From: Candidatus Aminicenantes bacterium
Lineage (GTDB): Bacteria > Acidobacteriota > Aminicenantia > Aminicenantales > Saccharicenantaceae
DNA: 64,000 nt
NCBI GenBank assembly: GCA_963743205.1
Contig: CAVUOW010000004.1
Location: 530,908-594,907 of the forward strand
Reading direction: 5' to 3'
Shown here: positions 47,271-58,152 of the stretch, one piece after another
How positions within the stretch are numbered: position 1 is the stretch's first letter
Layout of the letters: the number at the start of each line of letters is the position of its first letter
Translations under genes and position numbers: made by a program
Notes under the pieces: generated by a model
What the model saw: only the letters and a program-made list of their open reading frames with translations
Told to the model about the DNA's origin: nothing
Databases searched by the model: none

Positions 47271-48586
47271 TTGATCAGGAGGAGCTCGGTCTGCCGCCTG
47301 TCCAGGAAGAGCGCCCCGGATTTAGTGAAAGCGGCGTCCTGCTCGAGGGCGATCTGCACGTCCTGACCGGCCCATTCGGGGACCGCGGCCAGGACGTTGA
47401 GCTCGATCGAATAGACGGTGTCGTAAAAGAGCGGATAGTCGCCGGGCCCGGGGACTCCGCCTTGCTTGTCCCACAGCCCGATCGTCGGGCCGGCCGCGTG
47501 GCCGTGAAAGCCCAAGGGATGAGTGTAGATGCTCGGCCTCAGGCCCTCGTCCTTGGCCCGCTTGAGGGCGGCGGCCAGGACCTGGTTCCCCGTCAGCCCT
47601 TCTTTCATCTCTCCGAGCAGAATGTCCTGAAGCCGGTTGCCCTGGGCCAGGGCGGTCTTCATCCCCGGAGGCGCGTCCGTCTCGCCGGCCTTGAGGACAT
47701 AGGCATGCTGCTGGGTGTCGGTCTCGAGCTTCAGATAGTCGATGCCGAAATCGCAGTGGAGAAGATCGCCGGGGTGGATGACGGGGCTGTCCTTGTACGG
47801 GCTGTCTTTAGGCCGCTGGAGAGAGATCCCGGGATCGAACCAGGTCGTCTGGCCGAGCGACCGGATCTTTTCCCACATCCACCATTCGACGTCGTTCGTC
47901 GTCGTGACCCCCGGTGTGATGACGGCGGAGGAGAAAGCCTCGGCGATGATGGCGTGAGCGATCGCGGCGATGTGGTGATAGACCTCGATCTCCTCGGGCA
48001 GCCGCCGTTCGAGCCAGCCGACGGCCAGCCGGTCGGCGGCGACGAGACGCTTGGCGTACTCCGGGCCGAGGGCTTGGACGAGGCGCTTCTTCTTGGACGC
48101 GCTGAGGCCGTCGCCGAACGCGAAGACATCCGACTCGTCGATGCCGATCCTCTTCGGATCGCGGTCTTTGACGGCCTTGGCCAGGGCCAGCCACTGGTCC
48201 TCTTCGTTCGCCTTCCAAACGGTCGGGAACAGGCTGCCGATCCCATAGCGGTTGACAGAGAACTTCTCGACCCCCTTCTCCCCTCCCCGGTCGAACATGA
48301 CCAGCATCGTCAGACGGCGGGCCGAAAGGCTGGTGAAGGGCACGAGTGAGAGATAAACGGGATCCTCGTTGTACTCCTCGCAGATGACGAGCCACATGTC
48401 GATCTTCTCCCGCCTCATGAGCTCGGGCAGAAGCGTGTTCAGTCGCGCCGGGAGCCAGGTGTCATAGACCGCGGCCTGCGCTTTGAGGCTGAGCACGGCC
48501 GGGATCTCCCCGGCGCCGACAGACGGGCCCAGGGCCGTCGACAGGATGATGCCGATGAGAACGCCGTGACGGATTCGAACCGACAT
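47267..48586 (-). CDS. M24-family metallopeptidase (aminopeptidase P/prolidase-like), secreted
   Basis: Signal peptide. Pita-bread-fold metal ligands (DLLHCDFGIDY, HPLGFHGHAAG, SIELNV). Confidence 0.6.
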   Translation of the reverse strand: MSVRIRHGVLIGIILSTALGPSVGAGEIPAVLSLKAQAAVYDTWLPARLNTLLPELMRREKIDMWLVICEEYNEDPVYLSLVPFTSLSARRLTMLVMFDRGGEKGVEKFSVNRYGIGSLFPTVWKANEEDQWLALAKAVKDRDPKRIGIDESDVFAFGDGLSASKKKRLVQALGPEYAKRLVAADRLAVGWLERRLPEEIEVYHHIAAIAHAIIAEAFSSAVITPGVTTTNDVEWWMWEKIRSLGQTTWFDPGISLQRPKDSPYKDSPVIHPGDLLHCDFGIDYLKLETDTQQHAYVLKAGETDAPPGMKTALAQGNRLQDILLGEMKEGLTGNQVLAAALKRAKDEGLRPSIYTHPLGFHGHAAGPTIGLWDKQGGVPGPGDYPLFYDTVYSIELNVLAAVPEWAGQDVQIALEQDAAFTKSGALFLDRRQTELLLIK

Positions 48587-48819
48587 GTGGGGCTCCTTTC
48601 TGTCCGACCGGGATCGCCGGACCCGAGTCCCTACATTTATAACAAAAGAGTCTCACGGGCAACCGGAACCTTGCCTGGATCCCGGCCGGCCGCCTGCCCC
48701 GGTCCCCCGAAGGCCCCCGACGTTGCCAGTGCTTGTCCAATAGTGGTATAGTCCAGCTAAGGAACTTTTTGGGGACGGAGCCCGTACTTCCGATCGAACC
48801 CTTCAAGGAGGTTCTGAAC

Positions 48820-49836
48820 ATGAAAAAAAGCGCGATCTTCGGTTTGGTCCTTTTCCTGACGGTCGTCCTGACGTCCTGTGCCTCGGCCACGGGCGTCAAG
48901 ACGGGCGCCGCGGCGGGCGAAGCCCTGATCAAGATGATGCCCAACTCCACGACCGGCGTGGTGGCTATCGACGTCCAGCGGCTCATGGGGACGGAGGCGG
49001 TCGCGAAGGCGCTTCAGGATCCCAAGTCCAAAGCGAAATACGATGAATTCGTCAAGATGAGCGGCATCGATCCGATGAAGGACATCACCTACGTCGGGAT
49101 CGGCCTGTTCGGGGCCCTTTCCGGAGCGGCCCCGGATGGCGGCGCCATCGTCAGCCTGAAATATGACCGGGCCAAGCTCCAGAGCCTGATCAAGGAAAAG
49201 GCCCCGGAGGCCAAGGAAGAGCTCTACAACGGGGTGACCGTCTACTCCAACATCGACGGCGACAAGTCCAAGCAAACGACCCGGGCGGCTTTTCTCGACG
49301 CCGGCCACATCGCCATCGGCAGCGAGAAGGGGATCAAAGGGATCATCGACGTTCACCAGAAGAAAGCCGCGGCCCTGACCCAGAACACGGGGATGGCGGC
49401 CATCCTCGCAAAGGCCGATAAGTCCGGCCTCATGTGGGGCGCGTTCGCCGTTCCGCAGGAGCTCCTCAAGAAGGGTATCGAGTCCAATCCCCAGCTCAAG
49501 GTGCTCGAAGGGATCACGGCCCTGACCATGAGTTTCGATGACCGTCTGAACAATGTCATCGCCGATATCCGCACGGTCGGAGGGACCAAAGAGCAGAACG
49601 CCAACCTGGCCTCGACCCTCAGCGGATTCAAGGCCTTGGGAGCGATGTTCGCCGCCCAGGAACCGGCCGTCGGCGAGTTCCTGAACGGGATCTCGGTCAC
49701 GTCGGGCCAGGACTTCACCGACCTCTCGATCAACGTCTCCCACGACGTCATGGCCAAGATCGGCAAGCTGGCCCAGTCCAAGGCCGGGGATTTCATCAAG
49801 ATCAAGAAGGACGGCCCCGAGGGAGAAAAGAAGTAG
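48820..49836 (+). CDS. Lipoprotein of unknown function
   Basis: AGGAGG RBS. Lipobox LTSC after signal peptide. 338 aa, mostly helical, no recognised family. Confidence 0.5.
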   Translation: MKKSAIFGLVLFLTVVLTSCASATGVKTGAAAGEALIKMMPNSTTGVVAIDVQRLMGTEAVAKALQDPKSKAKYDEFVKMSGIDPMKDITYVGIGLFGALSGAAPDGGAIVSLKYDRAKLQSLIKEKAPEAKEELYNGVTVYSNIDGDKSKQTTRAAFLDAGHIAIGSEKGIKGIIDVHQKKAAALTQNTGMAAILAKADKSGLMWGAFAVPQELLKKGIESNPQLKVLEGITALTMSFDDRLNNVIADIRTVGGTKEQNANLASTLSGFKALGAMFAAQEPAVGEFLNGISVTSGQDFTDLSINVSHDVMAKIGKLAQSKAGDFIKIKKDGPEGEKK

Positions 49837-49848
49837 GGCCGGCGCGGC

Positions 49849-50643
49849 CTATTCCTCGGACAGATATTCCTTCATCCGGAAGATCCAGCAGGCCAGGGCC
49901 AGCAGCGCGGCCGTGATGACGGCCAACGCCAGGACGGCCACGAGCGGCTTCGTCGGCTCCAGACGGAAGAGCAGAAGCGCGACGCCTCTTCCCCCGCCCC
50001 CGCCGACCGTCGGATGATAGGGCAAGAGGGACTTCAGGTAATGGACGATGGAGAACCTCTGCGTCGAGCCGGGAAAATACTGGATGACGTTCTCCCATCC
50101 GAAGCCGAAGACGAGGCCGACAATGATGGCCCGTTTGAGGACCGTCCCCAGGAACGTGAAGAAGGCGGTATAGGCCAGGATGCCGAGGCCGAGGACCCCC
50201 AGGTCGTGGAGGAAGTTCAGGTAGAGCGCCGGGTCTGACAGGCGGGCCGCATTCATGATGAAATAGGACAAGGCCAGGCTGGCCGCGACCATGGCGAACA
50301 TGAGCACCGAGTAAGCGGCAAACTTGCCCAGGACGATGGCCGGCTTGGGGATCGGCCGGGTGATGAGGTAAGACAGGGTCCGGTTCTCGACCTCTTCGGC
50401 GGTGACGGACGTGCCATAGAACAGGGCCAGGATGACGATGTAGAACTGCAGGAAAAAGACCATCAGGATGTCGGTGAAGACGGCGGCCATGGGACCGGAC
50501 CGGCCATGGAGGACGATGCGGACGACGACGGCCAGGACGACCGGGATGATCCCGAGGATGGCGAAAACGCGCGTCTTTCCGGTCCTCCGGCTGAGGAAGC
50601 CGAAGAACCCGAAGACCTGACGGACGGCTTGGACGGCGGTCAT
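49849..50643 (-). CDS. ABC-2 type transporter permease
   Basis: Six predicted TM helices, ABC-2 permease pattern. Last gene of a 4-gene operon. Confidence 0.65.
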   Translation of the reverse strand: MTAVQAVRQVFGFFGFLSRRTGKTRVFAILGIIPVVLAVVVRIVLHGRSGPMAAVFTDILMVFFLQFYIVILALFYGTSVTAEEVENRTLSYLITRPIPKPAIVLGKFAAYSVLMFAMVAASLALSYFIMNAARLSDPALYLNFLHDLGVLGLGILAYTAFFTFLGTVLKRAIIVGLVFGFGWENVIQYFPGSTQRFSIVHYLKSLLPYHPTVGGGGGRGVALLLFRLEPTKPLVAVLALAVITAALLALACWIFRMKEYLSEE

Positions 50644-50644
50644 C

Positions 50645-51571
50645 CTACTTCCCCACCAGGTATTCGAAGACGGCTTGGAGGTTGTCGTCCGGCGACGAGA
50701 TCTCGTCGACCTCGATCCCGGCCTCGAGGACGACGCCGGTCAGGCGGCCGAAGAATTCGTCCCGCTTGTGCGTCTCGACGACGAGCGTCCGGCCGTCGGG
50801 CCCGAACGTCATCTTCTGGATGGACCGGTCGCCCACGAACCGGGCGGCCAGGGCGCGCGGATCGCTCGACTGGACCGAGATCTGGTGCGGGTGGGCTTCG
50901 ATGAGCTCCCGGACGTACGGGATATCGCCCTGGGCCAGGATCTTGCCCTGGTGAATGAGGACGATCCTCGAGGTCAGGGCCTCGATCTCCGGCAGGACAT
51001 GGCTCGAGACGAGGACGGTGCGGCCCTGGTCCCGGAACCCCTTGATCAGCTTGATGAGCTTGCGCTTCCCCAGCGGGTCGAGTCCGCTGAGCGGTTCGTC
51101 GAGGATGAGGATGCCGGGATCGTGGGCCACGGCCTGGGCGAACTTGATCCTCTGGCGCATGCCCCGGCTGTAGCCGCGGATGAGGCGGTCCTTGTCGGCC
51201 GTCAGGCCGACGATATCGAGCGCCCGGGAGGCGCGGTCCTTGATCTCCGTCCGCGCGTAGCCATAGAACCTGAGCAGGCCCGTGAGGAACTCCCAGCCGG
51301 TGACGTCTTCATAGAAGACATCCTGCTCCGGGCAGAACCCGATCCCCTGGAACACCTCGGGGTTGTTCCAGACTTTCCGGCCGCGGACGGTCACGGTGCC
51401 GATGTTCGGCTTCATCTGCCCGGTGATAAGCTTCATGAATGTCGACTTGCCGGCGCCATTGGGGCCGAGGAGGCCGGTGATGCCGTCCTCGATCTCGAGC
51501 GTGACATCGTTGAGGCCGAGGACGTTGCCGTACCATTTGGAGAGGCTCGCGGCGGCGATGACGGCGGTCAC
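50645..51571 (-). CDS. ABC transporter ATP-binding protein
   Basis: GTG start overlapping the upstream stop (GTGA). Walker A GPNGAGKST, signature LSGGMRQR-like (YSRGMRQR), Walker B ILILDEP. Confidence 0.8.
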   Translation of the reverse strand: MTAVIAAASLSKWYGNVLGLNDVTLEIEDGITGLLGPNGAGKSTFMKLITGQMKPNIGTVTVRGRKVWNNPEVFQGIGFCPEQDVFYEDVTGWEFLTGLLRFYGYARTEIKDRASRALDIVGLTADKDRLIRGYSRGMRQRIKFAQAVAHDPGILILDEPLSGLDPLGKRKLIKLIKGFRDQGRTVLVSSHVLPEIEALTSRIVLIHQGKILAQGDIPYVRELIEAHPHQISVQSSDPRALAARFVGDRSIQKMTFGPDGRTLVVETHKRDEFFGRLTGVVLEAGIEVDEISSPDDNLQAVFEYLVGK

Positions 51572-52440
51572 TTGATCACCTCGACGCTGCGGATCTTCCG
51601 GTCGAGAACGAGCGCCGACAGGGCGCAGATCGCGGCCAGGACCGCGAACGACCAGACCGCAGGGACCGCATGGGGCAGCTTCTGCCCGAAGAGGAAGGCC
51701 CCGGCCTGCTGGAGATTGGCCGGGACGGAGAACAAAGCCATATAGGGGGTCCGGAAGATGCTCTGAAGGATGCCGAACAGGACGTTGGAGAAGATATAGA
51801 CCCCGAAGATGAGGATGAGGACGTAGCGGGCGTTCTTGCTCACCGACGACAGCAGCAGGACGTAGAAGCCGAAGAAGACGGTCAGCAGGGCCGAATAGCC
51901 GAGGACGGACAGGGGCAGCCAGGGGTATTGGAGGAAGAACTTGAAGGAGCCGGCGAAGATGAGCTTGAAGATGATGAGCACGAGCCCCGGCAGGGCCGTC
52001 AGGATGAGCACGAAGAAGGCGATGACGGACATCTTCCCGATGAGATAGTCCTTCTTGCTCAAGGGGCGGGAGAAATAGAGCTGGAGGGAGCTGTGCTTGA
52101 GGTCGTCGGCGATGAGCCCGCCGGCGCCGAACGCGAGGACGAGCACGATCAGGAAGAGGAGGGAATCGTTGGTGAAATAGGTCGAGAAATACTTGGGGCC
52201 GACGTTGAGCAGGCGGTCGCTGCCCTGAAGGAACGTCTTGAAGTCCTCGAGCCGCTCGGAGACGTAGAGCCCCACGAGGAAAATGAAGGACGGGACAAAG
52301 GCGCCGGCGAAGATGATCTTGAACCGCTTCTTGCGGAAGGCCAGCTGGATCCCGGTCCGCGTGATCGGCCACCAGGGGAAGCGGCGCGCGGTGAGATGGC
52401 CGTCCCAGTGGCTGTAGCCCTTTTCGCGGACCGTGGCCAT
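51568..52440 (-). CDS. ABC-2 type transporter permease
   Basis: Multi-TM hydrophobic protein located between the two ATPase genes. Confidence 0.6.
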   Translation of the reverse strand: MATVREKGYSHWDGHLTARRFPWWPITRTGIQLAFRKKRFKIIFAGAFVPSFIFLVGLYVSERLEDFKTFLQGSDRLLNVGPKYFSTYFTNDSLLFLIVLVLAFGAGGLIADDLKHSSLQLYFSRPLSKKDYLIGKMSVIAFFVLILTALPGLVLIIFKLIFAGSFKFFLQYPWLPLSVLGYSALLTVFFGFYVLLLSSVSKNARYVLILIFGVYIFSNVLFGILQSIFRTPYMALFSVPANLQQAGAFLFGQKLPHAVPAVWSFAVLAAICALSALVLDRKIRSVEVIK

Positions 52441-53351
52441 CAGTCCACCCCCACGACGCCGGCGAAAAGATCTTCGAGCGAGGTCCGGCTCTTGACGAAA
52501 GAGCGCAGCTGGACGCCCGTCCGGGCGGCCGCCCGGAAGATGTCCATCCGTTCGCTCGCCTCGGGCATGTAGACCTTGATCAGCCCGTCCTCCATCTCGT
52601 CGACGCGGCTGCCCGCGCCTTCGAGGTCCTTGCGGAACGCGGCGCCGTCGCCTTTGATGCGGAGCTCGTAAAGACTGTAGTGGATGGCCCGAAGGTCGGC
52701 CATCCGGCCTTCGGCCGCGAGCTTGCCCTGCTTGAGGATGACGACGGTTTCGCAGAGCGATTCGATGTCGTCGAGGATGTGCGAGGACAGGAGGACCTGG
52801 ATCGATTTGTGGACCGAGATGTCGCGGATGAGCTCGAGGACTTCCGCGCGTCCGGTCGGGTCGAGGTTCGAGGTCGGCTCATCGAGAAAGAGGATCTTCG
52901 GATCGTGGACGAGGGCCTGGGCCAGCTTCAGGCGCTGCTTCATGCCCGCGGAGTACGTGTCGAGGAGCCGATAGCGGGCCTCGCCGAGCCCGACATAGAA
53001 GAGGACCTCGTGGGCCCGCTTCATGGCCTCCTGCCGGGGCATGCCGGAGAGCTCGCCGAAATAGGAGGTGAACGTCACAGCGTCCATGCCGGCGATGAAA
53101 CAGTCGCTCTCGGGCATGTAGCCGACCGAACGGCGGATCATGGCCTGCTGGCGCCGGATGTCGTAATCGAGGACCTTCCCCTCGCCGCGCTCCGGGACGA
53201 GGAACCCGAGGAGGATGCGGAGAAGGGTGCTCTTGCCGGCCCCGTTCGGCCCGAGCAGGCCCACGGCCCCCTCGCCCAGGCGCATGGTCACGCCGTCGAG
53301 AGCGACGATCTTGCCGTAGCGAAAGCTCAGGTCCTTGACTTCGATGGCCAT
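52440..53351 (-). CDS. ABC transporter ATP-binding protein
   Basis: Walker A GPNGAGKST, signature YSAGMKQR, Walker B LFLDEPTSNLD. Confidence 0.8.
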   Translation of the reverse strand: MAIEVKDLSFRYGKIVALDGVTMRLGEGAVGLLGPNGAGKSTLLRILLGFLVPERGEGKVLDYDIRRQQAMIRRSVGYMPESDCFIAGMDAVTFTSYFGELSGMPRQEAMKRAHEVLFYVGLGEARYRLLDTYSAGMKQRLKLAQALVHDPKILFLDEPTSNLDPTGRAEVLELIRDISVHKSIQVLLSSHILDDIESLCETVVILKQGKLAAEGRMADLRAIHYSLYELRIKGDGAAFRKDLEGAGSRVDEMEDGLIKVYMPEASERMDIFRAAARTGVQLRSFVKSRTSLEDLFAGVVGVD

Positions 53352-53450
53352 AAGGAACGCCAGTTTATTCTCAATGGTAGACGGGGCGCAAGCGAAAATG
53401 TTCCCAGTTTGTTATAATCCCCGCGAACCCCCCCGCGAAAAGGAGACGCC

Positions 53451-55508
53451 ATGACCGCCAAGACCGTCCGAACGACGTTGATCGTCCTTCTGGGAATCCT
53501 TCTGGGCACGTCACTCGGGCTGGCCGCCCAGAGCGCCGGAAAGAAGCCCATCGCCTTCGACGACTTCATCGCCATTCAGCGGGTGACCGACCTGCAGCTT
53601 TCCCCCGACGGGACCAGGATCGCCTTCGTCGTCACGGTCATGGACAAGGCCGCCAATCGGGGCTTGAGCGACATCTGGATCGTGCCCTCGCGGGGCGGCG
53701 AGCCGCGGCGCCTGACATCCAGCCCGGCCGCCGACATGAACCCCCGCTGGTCACCCGACGGGCGGACCATCGCGTTCATCTCGACGCGTTCCGGCGGCCC
53801 CCAGGTCTGGACGATCGACCCGAACGGCGGCGAGGCGGTCCAGCTCACCCGGATCTCGACGGGCGCTTCGGGCCTCGTCTGGTCGCCGACGGGCGCCCAC
53901 CTCGCCTTCGTCTCCTCCGTTTTCCCCGACCTCAAGGATGACGAGAGCAACCGCAGGCGGATGGAGGAGCTCGAGGCGAGCAAGGTCAAAGGCCGGGTCT
54001 ACGACCACCTTCTCTTCAGGCACTGGAACACTTGGTGGGACGGGACGCGGAGCCATCTCTTCATCGTCCCGGCGGCCGGCGGTGTTCCGGTCGATGTCTC
54101 GACCGGGGATTTCGACGTCCCGCCCATCGCCCTCGGGGGTTCCCAGGATTACGTCTTCTCCCCCGACGGGTCGGAGATCGCCTTCGTCCGAAACACGGAT
54201 CCGGAATTCCGGCTCGGCCTCGGCACGAATAACGACATCTTCCTGATCGGGACGGGCGGAGGGGAGGCGAAGAAGCTGACGACGAGCAAAGCCAACGACC
54301 ATTCCCCCCGCTACTCTCCCGACGGCCGCTACATCGCCTATCTGGCCATGGCCCGGCCGGGCTTCGAGGCGGACAAGCAGTCGCTGATGCTCTACGACCG
54401 CAAGGCCGGGACCACGGTCAACCTGACCGAGACGTTGGATTATTCCGTCGAAGACCTACTCTGGGCGCCGGGGAGCGCATCGATCTATTTCGACGCCCAG
54501 GACAAGGGCCGGACAGCGGTCTTCAAGGCGGCCTTGGCCACGAAGAAGATCGACCGCGTCCTCGACGGCCACTTCCTGACGTCCCTGGCGCTCTCCCCGG
54601 ATGGAGGGACGCTCTATTTCCTGAAGCAGGCGATCGACCGTCCCTATGACATCTGGTCCTGCAATCTCAAGACCAAAGCCCTCGCCCAGATCACGAAGAT
54701 CAATGCCGCGGTCCTGGCGCGCCTGGACATGAACCCGGCCGAGGAGTTCTGGTTCGACGGCGCCGGCGGCGACAAGATCCACGGCTACCTGGTCAAGCCC
54801 CCGGCCTTCGATCCCTCGAAGAAGTATCCCCTGCTCATGCTCATCCACGGCGGTCCCCAGGGCGCCTTCGGGGACGAGTTCCATTACCGCTGGAACGTCC
54901 AGATGTTCGCGGCCGGCGGCTATGTCACGGCCATGGTCAATTTCCACGGCAGCACCGGCTACGGGCAGGCCTTTACCGACGCGATCACCGGGGACTGGGG
55001 CGGCAAGCCTTTCGAGGACATGATCAAGTCCGTCGCCTACCTCCGCGGCGCCTATCCGTTCATCGACCCGGACAGGCTCGGCGCCGCGGGCGCGTCCTAC
55101 GGCGGCTACATGATCGATTGGCTCGAAGGCCACACGGACCTCTTCGATTGCCTCGTCTCCCACGACGGCGTCTTCGACCTCCGGTCCATGTACGGCGCGA
55201 CCGAGGAGCTCTGGTTCCCGGAATGGGAATATCACGGCACGCCCTGGACGAGCCCGGAGCAATATACGAAATGGTCTCCGTCCATGTCCGTCAAGAACTT
55301 CAAGACGCCGCTTCTGGTCGTCCACAGCGCCAACGACTACCGCGTCCCGCTCGATCAGGGCCTGCAGCTGTTCACGTCGCTGCAGCGCCTCGGCGTCCCG
55401 TCGAAGCTCCTCTTCTTCCCCGACGAGGACCACTTCATCTCCAAGCCCCAGAATGCGGAGCTCTGGTGGAAGACGATCCACGAATGGCTCGCGACCTACC
55501 TTAAATAG
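53451..55508 (+). CDS. S9-family serine peptidase (acylaminoacyl-peptidase/prolyl oligopeptidase-like) with N-terminal beta-propeller, secreted
   Basis: AAGGAG RBS, signal peptide, TolB-like propeller repeats, catalytic GASYGGYM and C-terminal D/H region. Confidence 0.8.
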   Translation: MTAKTVRTTLIVLLGILLGTSLGLAAQSAGKKPIAFDDFIAIQRVTDLQLSPDGTRIAFVVTVMDKAANRGLSDIWIVPSRGGEPRRLTSSPAADMNPRWSPDGRTIAFISTRSGGPQVWTIDPNGGEAVQLTRISTGASGLVWSPTGAHLAFVSSVFPDLKDDESNRRRMEELEASKVKGRVYDHLLFRHWNTWWDGTRSHLFIVPAAGGVPVDVSTGDFDVPPIALGGSQDYVFSPDGSEIAFVRNTDPEFRLGLGTNNDIFLIGTGGGEAKKLTTSKANDHSPRYSPDGRYIAYLAMARPGFEADKQSLMLYDRKAGTTVNLTETLDYSVEDLLWAPGSASIYFDAQDKGRTAVFKAALATKKIDRVLDGHFLTSLALSPDGGTLYFLKQAIDRPYDIWSCNLKTKALAQITKINAAVLARLDMNPAEEFWFDGAGGDKIHGYLVKPPAFDPSKKYPLLMLIHGGPQGAFGDEFHYRWNVQMFAAGGYVTAMVNFHGSTGYGQAFTDAITGDWGGKPFEDMIKSVAYLRGAYPFIDPDRLGAAGASYGGYMIDWLEGHTDLFDCLVSHDGVFDLRSMYGATEELWFPEWEYHGTPWTSPEQYTKWSPSMSVKNFKTPLLVVHSANDYRVPLDQGLQLFTSLQRLGVPSKLLFFPDEDHFISKPQNAELWWKTIHEWLATYLK

Positions 55509-56454
55509 GCAGCCGCAGCATCGCGTCGGGATCGACGCGGGCGTCGAAGATCTTGAAGGACCAGTGGAGGTGCGGCCCGGTCGAGCGGCCGGTCGTGCCG
55601 CAGAGCCCGACCGTCTGGCCTTTTTTCACGCTCTCTCCCCGCTTGACGAGCAGCTCCGACATGTGGCCGTAGGTGCTGAAGACGCCGAGCCCGTGGTCGA
55701 TGATCACAGTCTTGCCGCCCATGTAGAGGTCGCTGGCCATGACCACCCGGCCGGCGTTCGTGGCGTGGATCGGCTGACCGAAGGGAACGCGGATGTCGAG
55801 GCCCGTGTGGAGCGATTGCAGGACGTTGTTGTTGAGCCGTCTCTGGCCGAAGTTCGACCATGACGGCGCGTCGTTCGGCACGACGAACGGCCCGTCGCCA
55901 AGCCATTCGGGCGTGACGACGCTCATGGCCAGGGCGACGAGCTCGGCCTCCCGCTTGATCCGCGCCTGAAGGGACGCGGGCGGCGTGACGTACTCGGGCT
56001 TGAATTGGAGCTTGGTCGAAGGGAAGGTCCTGGCGACGACGAGGAGGTCCTTACGGACGTTCTCCACGACGCCGCTGGCCTTGCGCAGCTTGACGGTCAA
56101 AACATACGGGCCGGGCTTGGTTTGGACGTCGATCCCGAGGAACGCGAAGACGCTCGCGACGTCCGAATCAGGCGGGTCGCCGGGCGCCTCCCGCGACAAC
56201 CGGGTTGTCCGCGACGGACGGGTCGGCCTCAGCTCCGCGGTCCGGCCGAGGAACGTCGCCTCGGCCGACTTGACCGTGCGGTCGGCTTCGAGGAAAACAA
56301 TGATCGGCTCCCCGGGCTGCAGGGACCGGTAGGCGAGGCGAATGACCGGGCCCGACGGGGCCGGCGCCGTCTGAGCGCCAAGCGACGCGGCGATAAGGGC
56401 GACGAGCGTAGCCGCAAGCGCGGCGGGTTTCCCGGCCTGGGGAAAAGGACTCAC
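55501..56454 (-). CDS. M23-family peptidase (LytM-like), secreted
   Basis: HTGLDI...and C-terminal GPHLHW motifs of M23. Confidence 0.75.
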   Translation of the reverse strand: MSPFPQAGKPAALAATLVALIAASLGAQTAPAPSGPVIRLAYRSLQPGEPIIVFLEADRTVKSAEATFLGRTAELRPTRPSRTTRLSREAPGDPPDSDVASVFAFLGIDVQTKPGPYVLTVKLRKASGVVENVRKDLLVVARTFPSTKLQFKPEYVTPPASLQARIKREAELVALAMSVVTPEWLGDGPFVVPNDAPSWSNFGQRRLNNNVLQSLHTGLDIRVPFGQPIHATNAGRVVMASDLYMGGKTVIIDHGLGVFSTYGHMSELLVKRGESVKKGQTVGLCGTTGRSTGPHLHWSFKIFDARVDPDAMLRLPI

Positions 56455-58152
56455 GCCACCGCTCCCCCCGCGTTCTTCCTCAGCACCCGTCCCGGAAGCC
56501 GTCCGGTGTGCGTCCCGTCGTCCACGACGATTTGGCCGTTGACGATGACTTTCTTGATGCCTTCGGGGTAAACGGCCGGTTCCTTGAAGGTCGCCTTGTC
56601 GATGATCCGGGCGGGATCGAAAACGCAGACGTCGGCGGCCCAGCCGACCTTGAGCAGGCCGCGGCGGACGAACCCCATCTGGCCGGCGGGCATGGCGGTC
56701 ATCTTGCGGATCATCTCTTCGAGCGGCACGATCTTCTCTTCGCGGACGTACTTGCCGAGGACGCGGGGAAAAGTTCCATAGAACCGGGGATGGGGCCGGC
56801 CCTTGCTCAGGGGCCCGTAGGGCGCGATGGCCCCGCTGTCGCCTCCGACACCGACGAACGGGTGCGCCAGGATGCGTTTGAGGATGTCTTCGGTGCCGTA
56901 GAAGCTGATCATGCCGACGCGTCCCGACTCTTCGATGAGCAGGTCGCGCATGAAATCATAGGCGCTCTTTCCGGCTCTGGCCGAGGCCTCGAGGACGCTC
57001 TGGCCCTCGACCGTGCGGTTCTTCTCCGTGGCCACCTCGGAGATGAGGACCTTGTCCCACGAGCCGTACCGCTTTTCCTGCTCGGCCAGGGCCTCGCGGA
57101 GACGCCGGTCGAGCGCAGGGTCCTTCAGCCGGGCGACGAAATCCTTGTTGACGCCCTCGCGCGACCACATCGGGAAGAGCAGGTTCAGACTCGTCGCCCC
57201 GGCGATATAGGGGTACCGGTCGCAGCGGAAATCGACGCCGGCGGCCCGGGCCTCCTCGAGCTTGGCCATGAGGGCGTCGATCTTCGGCCAATTGGCGGCC
57301 TCGCCGATCTTGAGATGCGAGATCTGGAGGCGGATGGGCGATTCTTTGGCGATGCGCAGGGCCTCGTCCACGGCTTCGAGGACGCCGGCCTCCTCGTCCC
57401 GCATGTGCGTCGCATAGACGCCGCCCGTCTTCGCCGCGACCCGGCTGAGCTCGATGAGCTCCTCCGTCGGGGCGAAGCTCCCCGGAGTATATTCGAGCCC
57501 CGAGGACAGGCCCAGGGCGCCGCCGGCCATGGCCTCCGCGACGAGCTGTTTCATCCGCTCGAGCTCGGCCGCCGTGGCCGGCCGATCGCCGTGGCCCATG
57601 GCGACGCCCCGCACCGTTCCATGCCCGACAAAGGTGGAGTAGTTCAGGGCCATGCCGGTCTGTTCGAGCCGCCCGAAAAAGCCGCGGATGTCGCGCCAGG
57701 CGCCGTCGAGCCCATATTCCTCGGCCAGGCTATGGCGCAGGTCTTCGACGTCCTTTTCGGTGAGCGGAAAGGGAGAGCCGCCGCACTGGCCGCTGACGAG
57801 GGTCGTCACGCCCTGGCGGACGGCGCTTTCGGCCCGGGGATTGACCAGGAGGCCGATATCGGTGTGGTCATGGACGTCGATGAACCCGGGCGAGACGGCC
57901 AGAGAATCGGCCTCGATCACGCCCGAGGCCCGGGACCGCGGGATCCGGCCGATGGTCCGGATCGCGTTGCCCTTGATGCCGATATCGGTTCGAAGCGGCG
58001 GACCGCCCGTGCCGTCGTAGACCGTGCCGCCGGCGATGAGTCAGGTCCAGGTCTTTGCCCTTGGCGCATCCCTGGAGGAGAAGACCGGCGCCTCCGGCGG
58101 AGGCGACGGCCGCCGTCTTCAGCGCGCCCTGGATGAAAACCCGTCGTTTCAT
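56451..58152 (-). pseudogene. N-acyl-D-amino-acid deacylase (D-aminoacylase, amidohydrolase superfamily) with Tat signal; single-base frameshift near the N-terminus
   Basis: ORF 57868..58161 encodes Tat signal MKRRVFIQGALKTAAVASAGG...KGKDLDL then junk. ORF 56451..57920 encodes the rest of D-aminoacylase starting inside the conserved LIAGGTVYDGTGGP...GFIDVHDHTD region. Removing one base at ~58041 (ctgActcatc) restores DLLIAGGTVYDG. Confidence 0.75.
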
